DNA from: Vicugna vicugna
Lineage: Eukaryota
DNA: 64,000 nt
Assembly (NCBI GenBank): GCA_013265495.1
Contig: MU058584.1
Location: forward strand, 4,656,508 to 4,720,507
Direction: 5' to 3'
In this document: piece by piece, positions 50,680 through 63,364 of the stretch
Numbering within the stretch: the first letter of the stretch is position 1
Layout of the letters: the number at the start of each line of letters is the position of its first letter
The notes under the pieces: model-generated
The model's database searches: none
Told to the model about the DNA's origin: nothing
What the model saw: only the letters and a program-made list of their open reading frames with translations
Program-made: the position numbers and the translations under genes

Positions 50680-51527
50680 TTTTTGTAAATATGTATTTTT
50701 ATTGAAGTATAGTCAGTTTACAATGTGTCAATTTCTGGTGTACAGCATAATGTTACAGTCATATGTGCACATATATATATTCGTTTTCATATTCTTTTTC
50801 AGCATAAGTTCTTGCAAGATATTAAGTATAGTTCCCTGTGCTATACAGTATAAACTTGTTGTTTATCTATTTTATATATAGTAGTTACTATCTGCAAATC
50901 TCAAACTCCCAGTTTATTCCTTTCCAACCCCTTCCACCTCCCCACCCCCTTTAACCACAAGTTTATTTTCTATGTCTGTGAGTCTGGTTCTGTTTTGTAA
51001 ATAAGCTCTTGTTTTTTTTTTTTCAAGATTCCACATATAAATGATATCATACAATGTTTTTCTTTGTCTTTCTGGCTTACTTCACTTAGAATGACAATCT
51101 TCAGGCCCATCCATGTTGCTGCAAATGGCATTATTTTTTATGGCTGAGTAGTACTCCATATAAATATACCACATCTTCCTTTTGCAGTCATCTGTTGATG
51201 AACATTCAGGTTGTTTCCATGTCTTGGCCATTGTAAATAGTGCTGCTATGAACATTGGGGTGCATGTATCTTTTTGAATTAAGGTTTCCTCTGGATATAT
51301 GCCCAGGAGTGGGATTGCTGGATCATATGGTAAGTCTGTTTTCAGTCTTTTGAGGAATCTCCGTACTGTTTTACATAACAGCTGCACCAAACTACATTCC
51401 CATCAACAGTGTAGGAGGGCTCCCTTTTCTCCACACCCTCTCCAGCATTTATTGTTTCTGGGCTTTTTAATGATGGCCATTCTGACTGGTGTGAGGTGAT
51501 ACCTTATTGTAGTTTTGATGTGCATTT
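50680..51527 (-). mobile_element. L1 3' ~850 bp including degenerate ORF2 C-terminus, antisense in TIPRL intron 3
   Basis: ORF 51082-51390 reads [39 protein letters not shown] (L1 ORF2p C-terminus); TSD cagcatgaaactgc (50666-50679 / 51528-51541). Confidence 0.92.
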
Positions 51528-51888
51528 CAGCATGAAACTGCCTTGAACTTCTGTGATAGTAATAATTAATTACATTGACTAATTTTCAGATGGTTAATTT
51601 TCTCATGGTGACAAATAGAGTACTTAATTTTAATGTGGTCTATTTAATGATTTTAACATGAAAGATGTTGAATTTTGACTTTGTGTTTTGTAAAGCTATA
51701 GTATCAGCCATCTTAGGTTTTTCAGGGACAAGGCATATATTTCAACTTTCTTGTCTGCTGATGACACCTAGATTTAGAACCATGTGCTCTGACTATGCAG
51801 AAAAGACTGGTAGGAATACTGCTTTCCTACTTTTCTAGCTCCTTAAATTTTTTTTTTAATGTGTCCCTTCTTAAATTTTTTCTTTCAG

Positions 51889-52020
51889 GTTGTACCTACG
51901 ACAGATCATATAGATACAGAGAAACTGAAAGCCAGAGAACAGATTAAGTTTTTTGAAGAAGTTCTCCTGTTTGAGGATGAACTTCACGATCATGGAGTTT
52001 CAAGCCTAAGTGTGAAAATT
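51889..52020 (+). CDS. TIPRL: TIPRL coding exon 4 (132 nt)
   Basis: Acceptor ttctttc[46 protein letters not shown] with the TIP41 FEDEL.D.G motif; donor GTGAGT at 52021. Confidence 0.97.
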
Positions 52021-54116
52021 GTGAGTATGAAGTTAAATTAACTTCTTTCTTCCATTCTTACCACTGGTCAGGAATATAAGACTGACTTCGAATCCCACTT
52101 CTTGTCATAATGCCATGTAAAGTTTCACTTGGGTGTAGAATACATCGTATTAACATCCATTATAAAATTCACAAAATCTTAGTATACTGTTAAGACTTTA
52201 GTTTAGCAAAGCATTTTTTTTTCTTCATAGACCTGTTTGGCTACTTTGTTGGTTTTCTGTTTATTATTTAATCTGAATGAAAATTATGCTTTAATTTTCA
52301 CATTCTGAATTAAAAATGATATTGAAAGGATCTGCAGGCAGCACAGTGGATATCACTTTAAAAAGTGGCCCATGTGTCAGATTTCAGTGTTCCATTAAAT
52401 AGAACTTCAGTCTCCAGCACAGAAGTGGGAAACAAATGAAAGTGTTAATTCCCTTCTTGTTTTGTATTCCTTTCCACCAGCAGAGAACAAACTACTTCCA
52501 GTGGAACCTGCTTAAAAAGGAAAATAAATAGACTCCTAGCAGTCTAATGTTATTTGTTTACTGTTAGGTTATAATTGGGTTTCCATCACTTTCCAGAAAA
52601 ACTTCAACTGAAACTTTTTATTAAATGCCTTATCCTTCAGCTAAAATATCACCTCCTTTGCAATGCCTGCCACAGTTTCCTGAGGCAGAGTCAAATATCC
52701 CTTTTCCGTACCCCTCTGAGTACTTTTTTTTAACCCCTGAATGATAGCACTTATCATTAGGACTATCAAAGTTAAGGGCCCCACATCAGACCTTGTCCTT
52801 GCTGTATAATGAGTATGGAAATTGTGATTTAAATAATAATAAACAATGAAAACTGTAAGTGAAAATCAGCAATAAATTTGTTTTAAAGCCAGTTTTTTTT
52901 GTAGAATCATAGGATTTTGGAATTGTAATGAATTTTTACCGAATCATTTATTCTAGCCTCTGTTTTACAGATGAGGCCCCAGAAGTTAGTTTCTCTAAGG
53001 TTGTGACACTAGCAACAAAGGTTTCTTTGCACCATCTGATCTATGTCACTATTCTAGCATTAGATGCTTAACTTATTCCCTTGTTCACCTATAACTTTCC
53101 CCAAATTTTATCTTTTGTGACTTAGATTTGTTCATCCTCCAGCTCATCGAGTCATGTACCTTTCTGCTTGTCTACCTACCTATGGAACTGACTGTGCTGA
53201 CTGTTCATTATGCGTTTGCATATCTGGGGGTGCATTTGTATCCAAGTGGGGGGATATTCTGTGACGTATACAAGTGGGTAGGTGTGTGGGAACACATGTT
53301 TTTGTGGTTGAGGAAGTTGGAGAGGGTATGGGCATAAATGTATTGTGTGTGTACCAGAATAAACAGTGAGTCTCAAACTGAAGGGTAACATCATTTAAAA
53401 ATGTTCTTCCTTCTTACCTAGTGTAACTTTTTAAAAGTTTTGTGATGGATTCCATTTTAAGAATGCCTGGAAGCATTTCATTAGAATAGTGAATTTCCAG
53501 GTTGATTTCTTTCTAAGACTGTAACAGATGTTGCTGGAAATAAAATAAATGCCATAATTTCTGGTTTAGAGGCAATGGGGTGTGGACAAATGAAGTTCTC
53601 TTCTATAGAAGCAAAGACTAGCCTGGTAAAAATGGATGTAGGTGAGAAACCAGAAATGTGATGCCTGGGAAGCAAAGGGAGTAGGACTTTCCAAGAAGGA
53701 CGGCCTGAAGGTCAGTATCATGCTGAAAAGAGACCTTCTAAGCTTAGAATGGGGCGATGTCCATGAGAGTAAGAAAATTGTTTGTTGGTTTTAGCGACTA
53801 GAATATTATTTACCTTGGCGCAATCAGTGTAAGTTACCTGCATAGGGTGTAAATGTAAGATGTGGAGGTGGAGACGGAAAGTGTAGACATCAACCAAACT
53901 TTCCTAGAGCTTCCTGGTATAGGAGAAGAAACAGATGTGACCGAGAACATGGGGTTGACAGAGGTGTGTGTGTGTGTTTTGTTTTCTTAAATATGGGGAA
54001 GACTTTAGCATGTTTACGTACTCACAAGGAGTCATTTCCAGAGAAAGGGGTGAAAATGGATGGAGTGAAGTTTCTGCAGTTGAGTGTGGGAGAAAGGGGA
54101 AGACTTTGAGCCTTTG

Positions 54117-54937
54117 CTGTATGGGAGACTGATTGGAAAAACTCCAGTCTTCTGTGTTTCTCCTTTGCTTTCACACTACTATCACACAACACTTCTGATA
54201 CCGGATGTGTATGATGTTTTCCCACACAGGCAATTCTGCGATAGCAGCTAAATGTCCCACAGTTTAACCCAGTTCTGATATTATATACCTGGAAGTAGCG
54301 TCAGATCCCACAGATGAAGGGCTCGGTTCCCTGAGACTGCCCTCCCCACTTCAGATGGCAATCACACGCAGTAGGTCCCCAGATTCCCCAGAATCTCTGT
54401 CTGACTCGGCTGCAAATTGGAGGTTCCTCCTTAGATTTGATTATGTGCTAGAACAGGTTGTAGAACTCAGGGAAACACTTATGTTTTCCAGTTTATTAAA
54501 GGATATAATAAAGGATACAGATGAAGAGAGATATAGGGTGAAGTCTGGGAGGGTCCTAAGCCCAGGAGCTTCTGTCCCCATGGAGTTGGGGTGCATTATC
54601 CTTCCAGTATGTGGGTGTGTACACCAGCCTGGAGACTCTCCGAATCCCATGCTGTTGGGATGTTATAGAGGCTTCCTTACATAGGCATGATCAATAATTA
54701 ACTCCATTTCCAGCCCTTCTCCTTTCTCTGGTCAATTGGAGTAGGACTGGAAATTCCAAGCATATAATCATGGCTTAGTCTTTTTGGGAGCCATCCAGGA
54801 GCCCACCCAGAGTGGCTTCATTAGAACAAAAGATGCTCCTAGTGCTCTTACCACTTAGGAATTTGTAAGAGTTTCAGACATCCTGTGTCAGGAACAAGGG
54901 GCAGAGAGACTAGTATAAAATTTTCTGTTATCTCACA
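54117..54937 (-). mobile_element. LTR element, MER21-like
   Basis: TG..CA ends; acacaacacttctga..atacctggaagtagcgtcagatcccacagatgaagggctc..gactgccctccccacttcagatg. Confidence 0.7.
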
Positions 54938-56759
54938 AACACCATGCTAGATAATTATCTGTATTATCTCACTTAATCCTCACAAAAAGTCTATGCAGTG
55001 AATATTTTCATATCCTTATTCTCAGAGATCTTAAGTCACCTGCCCAAGATCAGTCATCCAGTGGATCAGTTTGTCTTTCTGCTCTTGTGCATAGGAATCT
55101 TCTAGGATCTAGATAGGTAATGAGTAGAAGGATTAGCCTAGACAGGAGAAAGAGATGCCGCTTCTATGGTGACAGGAGGAAAGGGGAACAGGATGTAGGT
55201 AAGTCTGCCTTTATGCTGGTGATTCCCAAACCTGGAATTTTATCAGAATGACTTAGATGCATTAGAGATTTAGTTGTCTTTAACACTACAGGACAATACA
55301 TTGTACATTTGCTGTGTATTTGTTGACTGGAAAGATGGATAGATGTGGAAGTGGAGGGAATAGGTCAGGAAAGGCTTTTTAGAGGAGGTGGTCCTTGATC
55401 TGAGTTTGAGGTGTGTAAATTTTCCAGCCTGACAATAGAACACAGTGACATTGATGTGTTTTCTAAGCTGGTCATTTGTGAATGTTGCTGATTGCTTCAG
55501 GCTGTCCTACTACTGGCTACTACCAGAGAATGAAGTATCAAGGTCATTTCCAAAGTTGTTGCCAAGTACTTTCCATTTAAAACTCACTTAAGGAGGTTGT
55601 TTAATTGGCCTTTTCCATAGAGCTTTTCCTGAATTAAAGTCTACATTTTCCCCAGTTGCTTTCAAATAAAATGTATACCATTATTTTTAGTTTAGCAAGC
55701 TTTCCAAGGACCTTCTTTAAAAAAGTATGTATTTTATGTATTTTTTAAGAGCTACCTTTTTTCTTTTTATTATTGCTGAGGGTTTGATTAGGAGTATGGA
55801 ATATATAGGTATCATTTCACTTTCAAAATGTTCTTAGAATCATCTAGGATAATGACAGTAGCACTCATTGCTTTTATTTGGTATCTAATCCTTGGCCCGA
55901 AAATTGCTAAAAAATTCTTGTTTTAGAATTGCAAAACTAATTGCTTATGAATGTTTGTTTTTTCAGTTTCCATAATAACTATGAAACACTCTGAAAAGAA
56001 ACGCTATTGAAATGTGGAAGATGCTTATATAAACAAAGTAATATACTTTAGATTATTGATATGGTAGGATGGAGCCTTTTAGGTTGCTCTTAATTTATTT
56101 AACTTTTTCAAGTTTTGAAGTGTTTTTTCCACCTTTAATTTTTCATTCTAAACCTAGATAATTTTTATTAAAAAATATTCATAATTTCCCTTTGTGTGAT
56201 TGGCATTGCCTATATCTAATTAGAAGATATTTAATTTTTCTTTTGTGTTTCAGAAATTAATTTTTCTTTTGTGTTTCTAAATTAGCTCCTCTCAGCAATG
56301 TTTGTTTTTAGGTTAGGATTTTGTGTCTTTGTGTCCTTTTTAGGACTTACAGCTTGTAGGACTGTGCTCTAACAGAAATCTAAAGGGAAGTTAGTTTTGC
56401 GTTAATATTAGTTTTTAACTTTCAAGGAAAATTAATTTCCAATCTACCAAATACTGGCAGTGCTGTGATGTTCTGTTGCAGCTAGTGGTTAATTCCATCC
56501 TAAGTAGAGTCAGGAGTGAATGTTGTCCACCTTCTGCTCTCATGTTTTGCTTAGAGTCCACGTATACTGGGCAGGGCCGTATCTTTCATCTCTATGTGTA
56601 AAGAATTCTACAATACCTGTGCAGAGGGAGCTTTTGTTGGACATGTAGTCCCATAGGATTGTCATATTTTGCTGACACAGGGCCCAAGAGATTGTTTCTT
56701 TACATCCCCTGTTTTTGTAGGTGAAAGAAGAGACTTTGGATAGTTAGATAACTTGCTCT

Positions 56760-57467
56760 AAGTTGGTTCTCAACCTTATCAGGCCCATTGCTTCATTTTT
56801 TTTAACCAAATACTTTATAAACAACCCCTCCCTTTTACTATCCTGAAAGAAATTCATAGATAATATAAGCCACCTTCTTTCTAATAAATCTACATATTGT
56901 CCTAAGTATAAAATAAAAGGGACATTTAAAAATTAATTTAGAATAAAATGATCGGTATATTAATATGTAAATGCATAATATGACTGCATAAGTAGTCAGG
57001 TACTTACATTTGCGAATCAAATCACTGTGAATGTGACAGGTAGAAGTGTAGGCTGACAGAGATGCCAGGTATCAGTCGGTGACTCAGATACATGATGGGA
57101 CTGCTGTCAGTGATGGAATTTTTCAAAATGGTGAACAATAAAACGAAGTATAATCTGCCCTTGATCTACAAGGTAATTGTCTTCCTGGAAATTGAGTGAA
57201 TTTTGTATTTGTAATGTAAGATGGACTAGGTTCTAAGGTCAGATAATTAGAAATCAGTTTTTTCACCCACCTGAATGTGAGGTGAGACATTTGGAAATTT
57301 TGTGAGATGCAGGATTGAACTTTGTTTTATAGGGTTGTTCTGGGCATTACAGAACATCTAATGCCTCTGGTCTTTAACTGCTAAATGTTAATATTGGCAG
57401 CTCATCACTGTGACGATGGAAAATACCCTCACAAATTTTCAAATGTGCCCTTGGAGAGAACTATTGC
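56760..57467. mobile_element. hAT-Charlie DNA transposon relic (MER20B-like)
   Basis: Degenerate terminal inverted repeats tggttctcaa ... gagagaactattg; internal MER20-like gggcattacagaacatctaatgcctctgg..tgtgacgatggaaaatacc. Confidence 0.5.
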
Positions 57468-58482
57468 CTTAAAATACACAGTTGAATTGTAGAGTTGGGA
57501 CTGGAACTTGGGTCCCTTATTCTTAGTCTCCCCATGGGCCATGCTGAAATGATACTTTGATGTCCTTCATGTGTTGTCCCCAGTATGACTGTTAATAACT
57601 AATTTTGAAATTTCAAGAAATGTTGCAAGTAAGTCTTTCTCATCAGTACAAACAGCACTCTGTCAGGTATCGATGTGCTTCCCGGTCAGTTTGTTGTGAT
57701 ACCAAAATCAAGTTATCATAAGTCAGATTCTTCCCCAGCTCTTCATTATTGTAAGTCTTGCTTTGAAGTCTTTTGCTCAAAATCCCATCAGAATAGTTTA
57801 ACTCAGAGCCTTTTCTCCAACAGAGAGCTTCTAGCCTCTATTTCATTCATCCAGTAACTAATGAGCACCTGCTGTGGGCTCTTCTAGGCAGTAGGGACAC
57901 AGTGATGAGCAAGCACGTATTTCCACCATCACAGAGTGGTGGAGGGGAAATAGGCTTCAAGGAAGTAAACACATAGATGAATATAGTTGCACACCTGGTC
58001 ATCTGTAGTGGAGTTCCATGGGAGGAAATAACAGGAGAAATCACTATGGTTATGGACCAGTAGGAAAGGCCTCACTGTGGAAGTGACATTTATGCTGAGC
58101 TCTGAAGGACAAGTGTCAGCCAGCAGAACAGCTCCAGTCAGGGAGCAGGGTGTTGAAAGGTCGTAGGGCCGGAGAGCTTGGCCTGTGGCTAGTGACCCTC
58201 GTAAAGCTACTTATGTTACTGGGTTATCTTGTTTTTTCTTCTTTCTTCATTAATGTTGCAGTGTGCTTATCTGGAACAATAGGCAGTTCCCTGAGTATAT
58301 CTTACTGTTTCATGTCTCAGTACCTTTTTTTTTTCTTTTTTAAAAATACATACTGTTTCCTCTTTCTGGAATTCTTCCCACCCCACCTCTTCTTTCCATG
58401 GTCAGCTCAAGCATTGCCTTCTCTGACTTTCTTCAGCAGACTTAGCTACTTCTTTCATTGAGTGCTTATTGAACCTTGTTAG

Positions 58483-60390
58483 TTTTTAATATTCCATATA
58501 TGAGTGAAATCATGCAGTATTTGTCTTCCTCTGACTTATTTTACTTAGCATAATGCCCTCAAGGCCCATCCGTGTTGTTACAAACGGCAAGCTTCCATCT
58601 TTTTTATGGCTGAGTAGTTTTCCATTGTGTCTGTATACCACATCGTCTTTATCCATTCATCCGTTGATAGACACTTAGGTTGTTCCTATATCTTGGCTAT
58701 TGTAAATAATGCTGTGATGAACATGTTGGGTGCAAATATCTTTTCAGATTAGTGTTTTCCTAGTTTTTGAATAAATACCCAGAAGTGGGATAGCCAGATA
58801 ATATGGTTGTTCTATCTTAAATTTTTAAAGAAATCTTCATACTGTCTTGCATAGTGACTATACCAACTTACATCCCCATCAACAAATATATGAGGGTTCC
58901 TTTCCCCCACATCTTTGCCAACACTTGTTATTTCTTATCTTTTTGATAATACCTATATTCTGACAGGTATGAGGTGATTTCTCATTGTATTGTGTGTTGT
59001 ACCTTCTGCTGAGAAATCTGCTGATAGTCTAATGGAGGTTCCTTTGTAGTTACTAGCCTTTTTCCCCATGGTTGTCTTTAAAAATCTTTGTCATTGACTT
59101 TCAGCTATTTTAATGTTGTGTCTTGGAGAAGATCTTTGCATGGAGGTGACTAGGCATTCTTTTAGCTTCATGGACTTTTTTTATATCTTGTTTCTCTTTC
59201 CTCTTGTACTTGTATCATTTTTCAATTTCTGCCTTTGAGCTTGCTAGTTCTCTCCCATATGGTCGGCTCTATTTCCAGTGTCTTCTGATGCATTCTTCAT
59301 CTCATGCTTTATCAGTTCTTCAGCTCCAGAATTTCTGTTTGATTCTTTAAAGTTTCAATCTCTTCAGTAAAATATTTCTTCTATTCATTAATTTTATTCC
59401 TGAGCTCATCAAACTGCCTTTCTGATTTTTCTTGTATCTTGTTGAGTTTGTACATGACAGCTCTTTTGAATTCTCTATCAGTTAGATTCTAATATTCTGT
59501 GACTTTTAGTTTGGTTTCTGGAGACTTGCCGTTTTCTTTTTGTGGTATCACAAGTATTACCATGGTTCTTTATGATGCTTAATGAATTGTTCCTCTGCTG
59601 GTGTATTTAAAAAGACAGAAGTCAGAGTGCTTTCTTTTGTTTTCAGAGGTAGGTGGCGCCATAACACAAATTTTTGGTTTCTCTTACCTGAGCTGCCTCT
59701 GGTTATATTTGAGAGTTGACGCTTTCCAGCCTCCACTGTCTCTGCTAAAGATATGGCTCCAGCCTTCATTGTCTCTTCTGTGCCACTGGGGTGGTTGCTG
59801 CTTTGCCTCTGCTGGAGCTGCTGTGTCATGGGGCTGGTGGGCTCTTCCCTTGGGTCTGGGATCCCCTGAGACATCGGCTCTGCTGTGGGAGGAGGGGGAC
59901 AGTTGGGAAGGAGGACAGGGTTTCGCAGGCGCTGACAGCATCTTGGGTACTGTAAGGGTCTTGGGCTCTGCCACTGCGGATGGAGCGGGCAGGGCCGTGG
60001 GTGCCTCAGCAGCTGGAGGGACAGGGTCTATTGCCACTGCTGCCCAGGTACGTGTGGCCGAGAGCCACAGTCAGGAGACCAAAGTCTGGCGTGTGCTGCT
60101 TCCCCTGCTGCTGCTGGGTTTTCTGAAGTTGTGGGCTCAGCTGCCACGGTCATAGGGCTGGGATTGCAGGCACTGACTCCACTGTTCCCTTGGGCCCGCC
60201 TTCTCTTGGGTCTGCCTCCTCTGTGTGTTCCAGTCCACCCACCTTTAGATGTACAGATGTGTGGATTTCTCCAGTGTCCTATTGGGCAGAGATGCACCTT
60301 TGTTGAGTTGCAGATGTTTTCCTGGTTGTAGATGGAAGGGGAGAGACAAAGTGAGCTTTTTACTCCACCATGTTTCTGACATCGCTCCCA
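58483..60390 (-). mobile_element. L1-related element: 5' UTR/ORF1-like region joined to an L1 3'-terminal region (HAL1-like or internally deleted L1)
   Basis: 58483-58990 is the antisense L1 ORF2-end/3' region; 59005-59520 is antisense ORF1-like (ttctgctgagaaatctgctgatagtctaatgg..ttcagctccagaatttctgtttgattcttt); GC-richer 5'-UTR-like end up to ~60390. Confidence 0.6.
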
Positions 60391-61026
60391 TGAGGTATAT
60401 TCTTTTTATAGACCTAAACACCCCATCAAACCCCTCCCTCCTGGCCACCAGGACCCACTCTCCACTAACTGACTTTCTGCAATGGTAATACTTGGAAAGT
60501 AGAATCACGTAGACCTGACACAGATGAAAGATGTTAAGAACATGTGATAATGATCTCATAAACCAGACATTGGTAGTATGAAGTAACACTTAGTTGGTTG
60601 CACTGAATTAAAGCATACCCTTAAAGCCTCTTGTCTTTATGTAAAGTGAATAAAAGGTGAGTAGCAACAAAGAACTAGGTTGTTCTTTCATTCTGATATT
60701 ACTGGTATTGACATATTATTATTAAGTACTGTTTTTTTTTTACAGTGAACATTATAATTTTCACATGACTTAGACACATTTTAAGTCTTTTTAACCTCAT
60801 CATCTTTTGACCTAGAAAAAATATTTTTCTATTGCAGGAAACAGAAATCAGTATGTTATATAGTATGAGCAAGGTTTTGTGCCTTAGTTGGAGCTAGGTC
60901 AGAGATTTTTATAGTGCTAATTTAGCCTTCCTCCAATGCCGTAAAACGTTTGTTTTCTTTTTAGGAAAGTAATAAAAGATTTAATTTTCATTAAAACATT
61001 GATGTACTTTTTTTTTTTTTTTCCAG

Positions 61027-61122
61027 AGAGTAATGCCTTCTAGCTTTTTCTTGCTGTTGCGGTTTTTCTTGAGAATTGATGGGGTGCTTATTAGAATGAA
61101 TGACACAAGACTTTACCATGAG
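61027..61122 (+). CDS. TIPRL: TIPRL coding exon 5 (96 nt)
   Basis: Long T tract then cc[34 protein letters not shown]; donor GTATCT at 61123. Confidence 0.97.
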
Positions 61123-61688
61123 GTATCTGTTCTCATTTAATGGCTATACCAATTGAAATTGGGCTTGTTTATGTTGTTACATCATCAATCTGAGAATTTG
61201 AAGTTCAATAATGCTTTATATTATACGGCAGACCTTCTAACCTTTAAGATTGGGTGTTTCACACTCACTGTTGACTGCATAGTTATCGAAACATTACATC
61301 TTCTTTTCTAGAAGTTCTGGTACCTGAAAATGTTTTCTAAGGGACACTCCCTAGTAGAGGCAGGAAAGGGAGGGTCTGATACTTTTTTAAAAATCTTGTG
61401 TGTTCTTCGTCTGTTTAAGAAAACTGTCCCTTAACTCTTGGCCTTGTTTATCGTATGTATTGTTTATGTAACGTCCTGCTGTTAGGAATACCAATCACGT
61501 GGCCTCCAGAAATTTGTATTATACAATTATTTTGATAGTTGTTTTAATGTTTGGAAGCTCTGTGCTCCATTTCAAAGAATTGTTAACATGTAAGGTTTTT
61601 AAAAATAAAAAAAAAAAGTGAAAGTTTGGGGGGGCGATTTAAACTGAGTCCTGAAAATTCTTCTAGTAGCTTTACAGCAGCCTATCCT

Positions 61689-61840
61689 CTTTTTTTTTTT
61701 AATAGCTTTTCCCCCCTTTTTTTGAGGAGAAAAACTAGGTTTATTTACTTATTTATTTTTTAATGGTCGTGCTGGGGATTGAACCCAGGACCTCGTGCAT
61801 GCCAGGCATGTGCTCTACCATGGAGCTATACCCTTCCCCT
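61689..61840 (-). mobile_element. Vic-1-like SINE, antisense, in TIPRL intron 5
   Basis: ggggattgaacccagg...gagctatacccttcccc; TSD cagcctatcct (61678-61688 / 61841-61851). Confidence 0.9.
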
Positions 61841-62443
61841 CAGCCTATCCTTTGTGAATGAATTTTCAGCATCAGAGTCGTAATCATAGAAGATGATGAA
61901 TGAGAGAAGGGACCACCAGTATCAGTCATGATAGTCGTAGTAATAGTCAACTCTCCTAACAACCCTATGAAGTAAATGCTATTATTTCTGTTTTATAGCT
62001 GAGGCAACAAAGGCAAAGAGTGAGAGTGATTGAGTAACTTGCCTAAGTTATGCAGCTAATAGGTGGCAGAACTGGGGTTTGAACCGAGTATGATGGGATT
62101 GTTTCTGGTTTTTGCTTTTTTCTTGAAATAACATGGTCACTGTGATGGACCTTTTTCCTTTTAAAAGTGCTGAGAATAGGCTGCATTTTTTTCCTGCAGA
62201 GAAAAATGAAATATAATTTTTTAGAAATGCTTGTATTTTAACTCAACAATACCGATTTTTTTTTGGATTTATCCTAAAAAGACTCTTATATACAATAATC
62301 CACAAATATTAATCAGGCAGCTGTATAGAGTGTATATGAACATTGATGGCAATGCTATTGTTTATAATAGCTAAAAGAGAGAAAAGAAGGAAGGAGCTTT
62401 AATGGCAGTTGAATGGGCATTGATTAAATGGCCACTTATATTC

Positions 62444-62782
62444 TGTTGACCTAAAACAAATAGATTGCCAGATATTTCTCTGGCAAAGATGGATTTATTT
62501 GAGATCAGAAAATTGCGATTTGGGGTCTGTAACCATGGTGAGCCATGGGCAAGTCCCCACACAGCAAGTGAAGGAGAGTGCTTTTATGGAAAAGAAAAGG
62601 AAGGTAGGAGGGCTCTAGTAAACAAACAGTCCGTGGCTTTTCATTGGCAGAGTCCTTGCCAGGAAATAGGAGGAGTCTTTCTTCTTCCTGTTGGGCCCTG
62701 CTCTGGTTGCAGCGTGTAAGAGTTCCTTATTCTGGTTTCCCAACTCTATTGAATTGAGGTTTCTGTTTATTAATTTTTTACA
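62444..62782 (-). mobile_element. Solo ERV1-class LTR, antisense in TIPRL intron 5
   Basis: TG...CA termini (tgttgacctaaaa ... tttattaattttttaca), imperfect TSD attc/atcc; similar to 12955-13500 at both ends. Confidence 0.72.
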
Positions 62783-63112
62783 ATCCATATTGTAGGAAAA
62801 ATGTACAACTATTAAAATTAATGGCAGAGAGTTTTATTTAACTGATTTGGAAAGATGTGTATCTCAATGTTGAATTTTCAAATGCAAATATGAATCTATA
62901 TAAGATTTTTGTAGAGATTTCTAAATGCTAAGGATAGTGTTATCTGTAGAAGCTGTGATTGCTGATTTATACTCTGTACTTTTATATTATTTGATTTTTT
63001 TTTAACACTGAGCATTAATCTGGTTTTGTTGATATAAAAAATTGAAACTTTAAGGGAGCATAATCTTGTGATTTTTCTTTTATTAAATATTTTACCAAAA
63101 AAATCAATTGTT

Positions 63113-63364
63113 TTTTTTTGTCAAAGTCCAAAAGGATTTTTTTAACATTTTTTATTGATTTATAATCATTTTACAATGTTGTGTCAAATTCCAGTGTTCA
63201 GCACAATTTTTCAGTCATTCATGGACATATACACACTCATTGTCACTTTTTTTCTCTGTGAGTTATCATAACATTTTGTATATATTTCCCTGTGCTATAC
63301 AGTGTAATCTTGTTTATCTATTCTACAATTTTGAAATCCCAGTCTATCCCTTCCCACCCTCCAC
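63113..63364 (-). mobile_element. Young L1 3' end, antisense in TIPRL intron 5
   Basis: Reverse-complement similar to 37597-37820; perfect 18-bp TSD ccaaaaaaatcaattgtt (63095-63112 / 63365-63382). Confidence 0.9.

Noticed and set aside
52021..52041. Read-through of exon 4 giving a 178-aa truncated TIPRL ending VSMKLN*
   Set aside because: The donor GTGAGT is strong and nothing in the sequence shows retention; a nearby intronic stop is expected by chance.
59557..60331. Cluster of 66-184 aa ORFs in TIPRL intron 4
   Set aside because: They fall in the GC-richer 5' region of a degenerate L1/HAL1-like element; no coherent protein.
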